Assembly (NCBI GenBank): GCA_963662285.2
Contig: CAXXMV010000003.1
Coordinates: 160,001 to 224,000 of the forward strand
Reading direction: 5' to 3'
DNA: 64,000 nucleotides
DNA from: a bacterium
GTDB taxonomy: Bacteria; Hinthialibacterota; Hinthialibacteria; Hinthialibacterales; Hinthialibacteraceae
Positions within the stretch are counted from its first letter, which is position 1; each line of letters opens with the position of its first letter. The notes under the pieces are model-generated. The model saw only the letters and a list, made by a program, of their open reading frames with translations, had not been told where the DNA came from and searched no databases. Of the stretch, positions 39,625 to 49,200 are shown piece by piece. Made by a program: the position numbers and the translations under genes.

Positions 39625-40229
39625 TTTTATATTTCTCGCAAATTGAAGTCAAAAGATGTAAATTCTAAATGCAATTCTCTCATAATAGAGAACAGCGCGT
39701 CAAGCATCATTATCATAATATTATATTCTCAGAGTGAAAAGGAATAAAATGCCAAGTACGTCCAAGGAAATATGAGGTATAATTCTGCTCGTTACAGCTA
39801 CCCTAAATGAAGACCGCTTCAGCCTGACTCTCTCTTTCGATGATCTATCTGACGTTGGACAATGGAAATTAGGATTCCTGCCCAATGGCGCAACCTCCAG
39901 TGTTATGGGATTTCTTCAAGTTGTAGAGTAGAGCAATGATATAGCGGTTTGCGTGTAACGTTATGTTCCACGGAATATATTTGACTTTTTTTTAAATATG
40001 ATGTTTTATTTTATCAAAAATGGATTATGCTTTTAAAAGTAAAATTGGATTTTATTTTTTGCTTTTATTATATATTTTATATTTGGGAATAATCAGGTAG
40101 CAATCAACCATGAAATATCCTGCCAGTTGGAGCCTTCCATAATTCTTAACAACTTGTTTATAGAAAGCAAAAACATTTTAGACATTCAACTCTGAATTTC
40201 TACAAAAATCATTAACTGTGAGGGTTATT

Positions 40230-43200
40230 ATGAATCAATTACGTCAGCAATTAAAATTCAATATGCAGTCAGTCTTTGCCTGTTGTTTAGTGTTGTTCGC
40301 ATTTTTGGGTTTTACGCAACAAAGCTACGGGCAACTCAAACCAGATATGGGCGTCGAATTCAGTCAAGTTGACTTTAATTATGAAAAGGCCCCTTGGCTG
40401 AATTCCAGTTGGGGACGTATGAGCATTGATGTAATGATGTTGTATGAGATGACTCAAATCGATCAAGGTTATATTAATGTATTCACCAAATCAGGTTGGC
40501 ATGTGGTCAATCTGCCAATAAGCATAAATGATTTAGAAAAACAGTCCAATATAGTGACCTATCTAAATCTTGGGTTGGGCGACCAGGAAATTATCGCAAA
40601 ACTTGAGGGGGAGGAATTAGAAAACTATTTGTTGGAAGTTTCCACCCAATTAAAAGAATTTGAGGCTTTGGTTACTTATACCAAAGAATCTTTCCAGGAA
40701 ATCCAGCGGGGAGAATATATCCCGTTTCCCTTGAAAGAATCCGTAATCTGGGATGCTCAAGGCGCCAGCGATATTGAACTTTCCACTATCATCTTACCGC
40801 CGCTTATATATCTGGAACTGAAATTTAATCCTGATTTACTGAATACATCGCATAGCCTGGACAGTTCCGCGAATGTGGAAGCGGCCAAGAATCAATGCTT
40901 CCCTATGTCCATCGCTAATAGTCTGCAATATTTGAAAGATAATTTTGACCTGCCGGTTCCTCACGAACATAAGCCGGGCTTGAAAGGCGATAATTCACTA
41001 GTAGGTCAGTTGGATCAGTTTGCGGATCGCACGGCTAGTTCCCGCCGATCAGGTTCAGGAACCTGGTTCACTCCCATGTTGACAGGGAAATTCAATTATC
41101 TGCAAGAGAATGGATTAGCCGACAAGTTGATTCATCGATACCAGGGTCGTGGTTGGGGAACACCGCCCAATCAGGCGCTGCCCGCTGGAGATTTTTCCGC
41201 TGCTGGCAGCACTGCGCTGGATCAAGGCAGTACGGTCACATTTGAATGGATCTGCGAACAGATCCGCCAGGGAGAAGATGTTGAACTGGTTTTCAGTTAC
41301 GATAATTCCAGAGGAGAAGCTACCGGAGGACATGCGGTGCGCGTCTATGAATGCGGCGTGGATGATGGAAGACCTTATATAAGATATCTACATGACCGTA
41401 ATCAAAATAATGATAATGCAGGTTTGGAAACCGTAAAAGTTTTCCTAGAGGATTTAGATAATGATGGCATGTTAAATCTTGGATCAAGAAGCATTGAAAT
41501 CCGTTTTGCTCTTTCTGAGTCTATGAGGGATAAAGATAGTACTCCTACTCCAACCAATACATCTTATATACCCCCAACTCCGGAAAACACGCCGACAATT
41601 GATAAGCCGACTCCTACTAAAACGGCTACGCCGACGCCAAGATTAACTCCTACTCCGACACAAACCAATGGCGATGATCCGCCGGATGCGCCCAAGGATT
41701 GTCCTATCTATTTCTCTATCGAAGAGCCTTATGTTTTACCGAATGGCGCATCTCATGGTGATATCCTTGTGCATAATCCCGGCGGTGAGGCCTATGTACT
41801 GACTGGCGGCGCCAATCAAGACCTTTTGAAGGAATTTATTCCTTTACCATCTGAAGTGCTTCGAATTGACGCCGGGCTGGATGGCTTTGATATTATCCAA
41901 CTTGATCAATCAGTTTCTAGCGATGAACCTTATGCACGCCATAAAATAATCTTCACGGTCGAAAAACCGATTAAAGTAAGCAACCCGAATCATTCCGCCT
42001 ATGGGGTAATTCTAAATGATGGCGATTTGCTACTCAATAATGGAGGAGTAATTCTCGCTCAAGCCCTGTTCGCTCCTCTTCAGTTACTAAATAGAACCGG
42101 GGGAGTCATTGAATATTTGGGTATAGATGCGATTGAATTAGAAGGTTTATTGAATATCTTTGATAAATTGGAAAACCGTGTTATTGGGAACTTGAAAGAA
42201 TTGGTTGAAATCAGCAATGGTGAAGCTATAAACATTTACTTTTCTTTTGAAGAAATTAATGAAGAATACACATCTAGTTCAGGAAGTTTGCTTCCCGAAC
42301 GTACAATAGTAGGCGCAGATGATCTGATAGGGATTCATGTTTCATCCAGTCATATAAGCGCATGGGTTGAACGGTCCGGCGCTGATGGAACTCCAACAAC
42401 CGCCCAAAGTTTATTTGTGGAATTTTCATCTCTTAATAATATGGGTTTGGATGCTGCGGGAACCTGTCTGCCTGAAGATAAAGCCTATTCTCATTTAGAA
42501 ACAGTCTATTTTTCGACGGAATTGAATGATGATATATATCCCATAGAATTCAAAGAAGGCGATTTGTTGGTTGATCGTTCGGAAAAACCATATAACGAAG
42601 TTATTGCCACTAATTTTTATCTGACCGGATTTGACTCAAAGGATTGGGGATTGGATGCTGTTGATCTTCATCCTGAACGGTTTGAGGAAAAACCTCAAGA
42701 TACGCCTACAACGCAACCAAAACCAATGCCCACGCTTACTCCAACTATATCAACCGATCAAAAGAACTGCGTGAAGGCCAGTGATTACTACACCAGCATT
42801 ATCGAAAATCTGGACTCAGTTGAACTTGGTCTAGTAGCAATCAAGTCAGCTATTAGCGCCAGCGGCAGTCCTCTCGGCTTAAGCATTCGTGATTGTTCTG
42901 AAGACGGTTTGATGGACGTTTGGGTGTCATCAAGCGAATTGAGCTACAGCAATCCAGCTGCGATAATCATGTCAGCTTCTATCTGTGCAGGCAACGCGCC
43001 ATCGATGGTTGAGGTCACCCTGCGTCAATACTACCAATGCAAACTGATCGCCTATGATGATAACGGAACTGTAGTTGATTCAGTAGATGCAGCAGTAGGC
43101 AGCGCAGAGCAGACTCTTACCCTGACCAGCGCCACAGGCATTCGCGTAATCGAACTCATCGGCGCCGAAATATGCATAACCAAAATCTGTTGGGAATGCG

Positions 43201-46200
43201 AGCCGATTGTTAAACCCACGCCGACTAAGCAAATAGTTGAATCAACGCCAACCTTGCCCATTGAAGAAAAGGATTGCGTTCAGGCCAGTGATATATATAC
43301 CAGCGATATGGATAATCTTGATTCAGTCGAATTAGGTCTAGTGTCGATCAAATCCGCTATAAGCGCCAGCGGCAGTCCATTAGGCTTAAGCGTACGTGAT
43401 TGTTCAGAAGACGGTTTGATGGATGTTTGGGTGTCATCAAGCGAATTGAGTTACGGTTCGCTCGCGTCAATTATAATGTCGCCCAACATATGCAACGGCA
43501 ACGCGCCATCGATGGTTGAGGTATACTTACAGCATTTCTATCAGTGCAAACTTATTGCCTATGATGACGGTGGAACTGTAGTTGATACGGTTGACGCGGC
43601 GCCGGATTCTACTCCGCAAATCTTGACCCTGACCAGCGCCACTGGAATAAGGATGATAGAAATTATCGGAGCGGAAATATGCATAACAAAAATCTGTTGG
43701 GAATGCGAGCTGATTGTTAAACCCACGCCGACTAAGCAAATAGTTGAACCAACGCCTACCTTGCCCATTGAAGAAAAGGATTGCGTTCAGGCCAGTGATA
43801 TATATACCAGCGATATGGATAATCTTGATTCAGTCGAATTAGGTCTAGTGTCGATCAAATCCGCTATAAGCGCCAGCGGCAGTCCATTAGGCTTAAGCGT
43901 ACGTGATTGTTCAGAAGACGGTTTGATGGACGTTTGGGTGTCATCAAGCGAATTGAGTTACAGCAATCCAGCTGCGATAATCATGTCAGCCTCCATCTGT
44001 GCAGGCAACGCGCCATCGATGGTTGAGGTCACCCTGCGTCAATACTACCAATGCAAACTGATCGCCTATGATGATAACGGAACCGTAGTTGATTCAGTAG
44101 ATGCAGCAGTAGGCAGCGCAGAGCAGACTCTTACCCTGACCAGCGCCACAGGCATTCGCGTAATCGAACTCATCGGCGCCGAAATATGCATAACCAAAAT
44201 CTGTTGGGAATGCGAGCCGATTGTTAAACCCACGCCGACTAAGCAAATAGTTGAATCAACGCCAACCTTGCCCATTGAAGAAAAGGATTGCGTTCAGGCC
44301 AGTGATATATATACCAGCGATATGGATAATCTTGATTCAGTCGAATTAGGTCTAGTGTCGATCAAATCCGCTATAAGCGCCAGCGGCAGTCCATTAGGCT
44401 TAAGCATACGTGATTGTTCAGAAGACGGTTTGATGGATGTCTGGGTGTCATCAAGCGATCCAAGTTACGGTTCGCTCGCGTCAATTATAATGTCGCCCAA
44501 CATATGCAATGGCAAAGCGTCATCGATGGTTGAGGTATACCTACAGCATTTCTATCAGTGCAAACTTATTGCCTATGATGACGGTGGAACTGTAGTTGAT
44601 ACGGTTGACGCGGCGCCGGATTCTACTCCGCAAATCTTGACCCTGACCAGCGCCACTGGAATAAGGATGATAGAAATAATCGGCGCCGAAATATGCATAA
44701 CCAAAATCTGTTGGGAATGCGAGCTGATTGTTAAACCCACGCCGACTAAGCAAATAGTTGAACCAACGCCAACCTTGCCCATTGAAGAAAAGGATTGCGT
44801 AAAGGCCAGCGATTTTTACGCCAGCGCCGTTGAGAATTTAAACTCGGTCGATTTAGGCTCGGTTTCGATTAAACCAGCCATTGAAATAACCGGCGCCATT
44901 TTCGGTTTAAGCGTGCGCGATTGTTCAGAAGACGGTTTGATGGACGTATGGGTTTCATCCAGTGAAGCAAGTTACAGCAGCCCCGCTGCGATTGTCATGT
45001 CTTCTGATATCTGCGCAGGTAAAGCGCCATCGATAGTAGAGGTTACCCTGCGTCATTACTTTGAATGCAAACTGGTAGCCTATGATGACGCCGGAACTGT
45101 AGTTGATTCAGTATTTGCAGCTGCAGGCAGTGCAGAACAAACTCTTACTCTAACCAGCGCCACCGGCATTCGCGTTATAGAAATAATCGGCGCGGAAATA
45201 TGCATCACCGAAATATGCTGGGAATGCGAGCCGATTGATAAACCTACGCCGACTGCTACTCCTCCAGAAGGTGATGAAGGATTAACTCCGGATGACGGAA
45301 TAACCTTCAATCAAGTAGATTTTATGTTTGAAAAATCCCAGTGGCAAAATTCCAGCTGGGGTCGGATAAGTATTAATCCTTATATCCTTACCCGCAACAC
45401 CAAGATCAGCCGGGGTTACTTGAATGTTTATACTGATAAGGGCTGGCATGTAGTAAACCTACCTATCAATGCGGACAATCTAACTAGCGCTGATACCCAA
45501 AGAACAGATTTGGTAACTTATTTCAACCTTGGAATTGTTGATCCAGCGGAAATTAAAGATAAAAGCGATGATGAGATTAAGTCCATTCTGTTAGAAAAAT
45601 CCTATCAGCTTACATCGTTCGTCGCTCATGTTACTTTCACTCAGGAACCAATTGTCAAGAGGGTATTGGGTCAATTAGTATCTTTCCCCATAGAAGAAAA
45701 CATTATATGGGATGCTCAGGGCGTAAGCGATATAACCATATCCGCTTTCCACTTGCCGCCGTTTATTATAACAGATATTTCAGATATCATATTGGATTCT
45801 ATATTCTCTTACCATACTCAACCACAGTCGGCTAACGTTGAAACCGCAAATAACCAATGCTTCCCCATGGCTATAGCCAATAGCCTGCAATACCTGGAAA
45901 ACGAGTTCAGCCTTTCTGTTCCTCATGACCATGTGATGGGACTCAAAGGCGACAATTCGCTGGTTGGTCAATTGGATTCCTACGCTAACCGCTCCGTCTC
46001 ATCCCGTCGCAGCGGTTCCGGTACATGGTTCACGCCCATGATAGACGGTAAATTCAAATATCTATCGGACAACAATCTATCCGGCGACCTGATCCATAAA
46101 TACCAGGGACGCGGCTGGGGATCGCCGCCCAACCAGGCGCTTCCGGCAGGCGACTACACATCAAATGGCAGCACCATTAAAGATGAAGGCGCTGTAGTCA

Positions 46201-49200
46201 CCTTCGATTGGATTTGTCAGCAAATCCAGGAAGGCGAAGATGTCGAACTTGTCTTCAGTTACGATGACGCATCGGGAAACGCCACTGGCGGCCATGCAGT
46301 AAGAGTATTCGAATGCGGTAACGTTCTTGGAAAGCCATATATAAAATACCTGCACGATAGCAACCAAAGCAATGATAGCGCTGGGTTGGAAACGGTTCAG
46401 GTATTTCTCGAAGACCTGGACGGCGACGGCATATTGAACCTTGGTTCAGCAAGCCGGGAAATCCGCTTCGCTATGGCTGAATCGATGAAAGAGGATACGA
46501 TACTAATTAATCCTAATATGGGATTAATGCTGGAGCAAGTCATTTTTACTTTTGATGAAACCCAGCAAATTGTCTCCAATTGGGGTCGCCTGGTGATTGA
46601 TCCTTATGCATTGCAAAAGAACCTTGGCGTCGAAAGGGGCTTTATCAACGTTTACAACGATAATGGCTGGTTGGTCATGAATCTTCCGCTTGATACTTCC
46701 TCAGCCGACGCCGACAGCAAGTTAGTAACTTATTTTAATCTGGGTCTGCAAGATGGCGAACAAATCGAACTCGTGAAGAGTATGGCGATTCACGCTGAAT
46801 TCTCTGTTAAGCCAGTTGATAAAACACCTATGGATCAAGATGGAAAACTGATACTATCGACGTTTGAGTTGCGCAATCCGGCCATCTGGGACGCCCAGGG
46901 AATCAGCGACAATGAGAACCCATCAATCAGCCTCGCTCCACCTTATATAATAAATAAAGATATTATCTTTACCTCACTCTTTGAAAAACATACTCAGGAA
47001 CACACATCAAATGTGCAGACTGCGCATAATCAATGCTTCCCCATGGCTGTAGCCAATAGCCTGCAATACCTCGAAAACGAGTTCGGTTTGTCAGTACCGA
47101 ATGACCATGTGATGGGATTGAAAGGCGATAATTCATTAGTAGGCAAATTAGATTCCTACGCTAACCGCTCCGTATCATCCCGTCGCAGCGGTTCCGGTAC
47201 ATGGTTTACGCCCATGATAGACGGTAAATTCAAATATTTATCGGAAAACAATCTGTCTGGAGACTTAATCCACAAGTACCAGGGACGCGGCTGGGGATCG
47301 CCGCCTAACCAGGCGCTTCCAGCAGGCGACTACACCGCCCATGGCATCACCATCAAAGATGAAGGCGCCGTAGTCACCATAGATTGGATTTGTCAGCAAA
47401 TTAAAGACGGAGAAGATGTCGAACTGGTATTCAGTTACGATGATGCATCTGGTAACGCCACTGGCGGCCACGCGGTGCGCGTGTATGAATGCGGTAAAAT
47501 TCTTGGCAAACCATATATCAAATACCTGCATGACAGCAACCAAAGCGACGATAGCGCTGGTTTGGAAACAGTATTGGTATATCCCGAAGATCTGGATGGA
47601 GATGGTATATTGAATCTTGGTTCAGCGAGCCGGGAGATCCGCTTCGCTATGGCTGAATCGTTTGTAAGCGAAATTGATAATACACCTACTCCCATAGCGC
47701 CTACGCCTACTAAGATAATTACCAAACCTACTCCTACTCCAGTAATTACCAAACCTACGCCTACTCCGGTAATTACTAAACCCACTCCTACTTCAATGAT
47801 TACCAAACCTACGCCTACTCCGGTAATTACTAAACCCACTCCTACTTCAATGATTACCAAACCTACGCCTACTCCGGTAATCACCAAACCTACGCCTACG
47901 CCTACTTTCTGGTATAGCGGAAATCCGGTTTATGACGATCTGGTAATATCCCAGGGATTTGGTGGAGAGACTCTGATCAATATACGTTACTACAATGAGA
48001 TCACCGATTCATTAACATCTATCCGTCACTCATTCATCGGAGCGCCAGGTGGATTTATATCTCGAGTTGGCGGTGGAACAGGACGAATGACCTATCTATC
48101 AGTGGGTGATTTGAATGGTGATGGAACAGAAGATATCATTACTTCTTTCGGACCGATAGTAGAAGAATCAGTTTTCCCCAACATCGTTGTCGTTCGTGAT
48201 TCCAAAACCAAGCAAGTAATCGGTAATTCTTTTGTAGCATTTCCGGTTGGCGACAAGACATCAGTACAGTTAAATTCAGGTGATGTACGAACCGCGGTAG
48301 GCGACTTTATCGGTTCAGGGCTGCCTCAGTTGGCGGTAACTCAAGGACAAGGCGGTAATGGCATCATCCGGCTTTATCAATACACCAACAAACTGCCGCC
48401 TAACAGCTGGGAGGTCGTCGGTCAGTTCAACGGTTTGCCTTTAGGATTGGTGGAACAAAAGGTATTGGATGATACCACCTATATCGGATTGACCTTGGCT
48501 GCGGGAGATTTGGATCAGGACGGTTTTGATGAATTAGTGGTCGGCCAATCCAATGGTCCCGCCTCGCAAACTATCTTCCATGTTCTGGATATTAACAGCG
48601 ACGGCGGCATCGCCAAACGGAATATCTATGCCGGATTCAAACCTCAATTCCGTGCTCATGGCGGCATCGAGTTAGCGGTTGGAGACCTTAACGGTGACAA
48701 ATATCCGGAAATCATTGTCGGCAATATGGGTAATCTGCGCAACTTTGGCGACCAACGTGACACCGTACCTTTGAATTTAGTAGGTATAATTTCACCCGTC
48801 ATTACGGATAAACAGATTACCGGATTCAGAAGACCTGCTGGAAAAAGCGTATTCAATGCCTTTTCTAATGAAGACAATCCTTCAGGCGCGATCAGCATGA
48901 CAGTCGGTGAATTCGATGGCAATCCGATCAATGGCAAAGAATTAGTCATTGGAACAGGCGCTTATATGGATATTGAGGGTATGAATACCAATTATCTTCA
49001 TCCCGCCGATGTTCCAAGATATAAGATTATGAAAGTTGAGTATGAAGAAGAAACCATTAGGAATATTAAAATATTAGGACCGACCAAGGGTTATGTGGCT
49101 TTCCTTGGCAAAGCGGTTCCTAGTAGTAAATCCATTTATCTGGCCGCCATTCCAAAATTTGTGATTCCCGATCTAATCAATACGCCAACCCCGACACCTA

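Noticed and set aside
39776-39931. Short open stretch (GIILLVTATLNEDRFSLTLSFDD...QVVE*) upstream of the giant gene
   Set aside because: It has no start codon or SD and no recognisable family. It may be a gene fragment, but I cannot support that.
42762-45230. Long regular repeats as a possible CRISPR array or DGR template/variable repeat pair
   Set aside because: The units are 507 bp, in frame and have no unique spacers. Differences are not adenine-specific, and no cas or reverse transcriptase gene is present.
47435-47887. Antisense ORF with VITGVGVGL repeats; also the 69-70 aa antisense ORFs at 43052-44782
   Set aside because: These mirror the PTPT linkers and tandem repeats of the giant gene.
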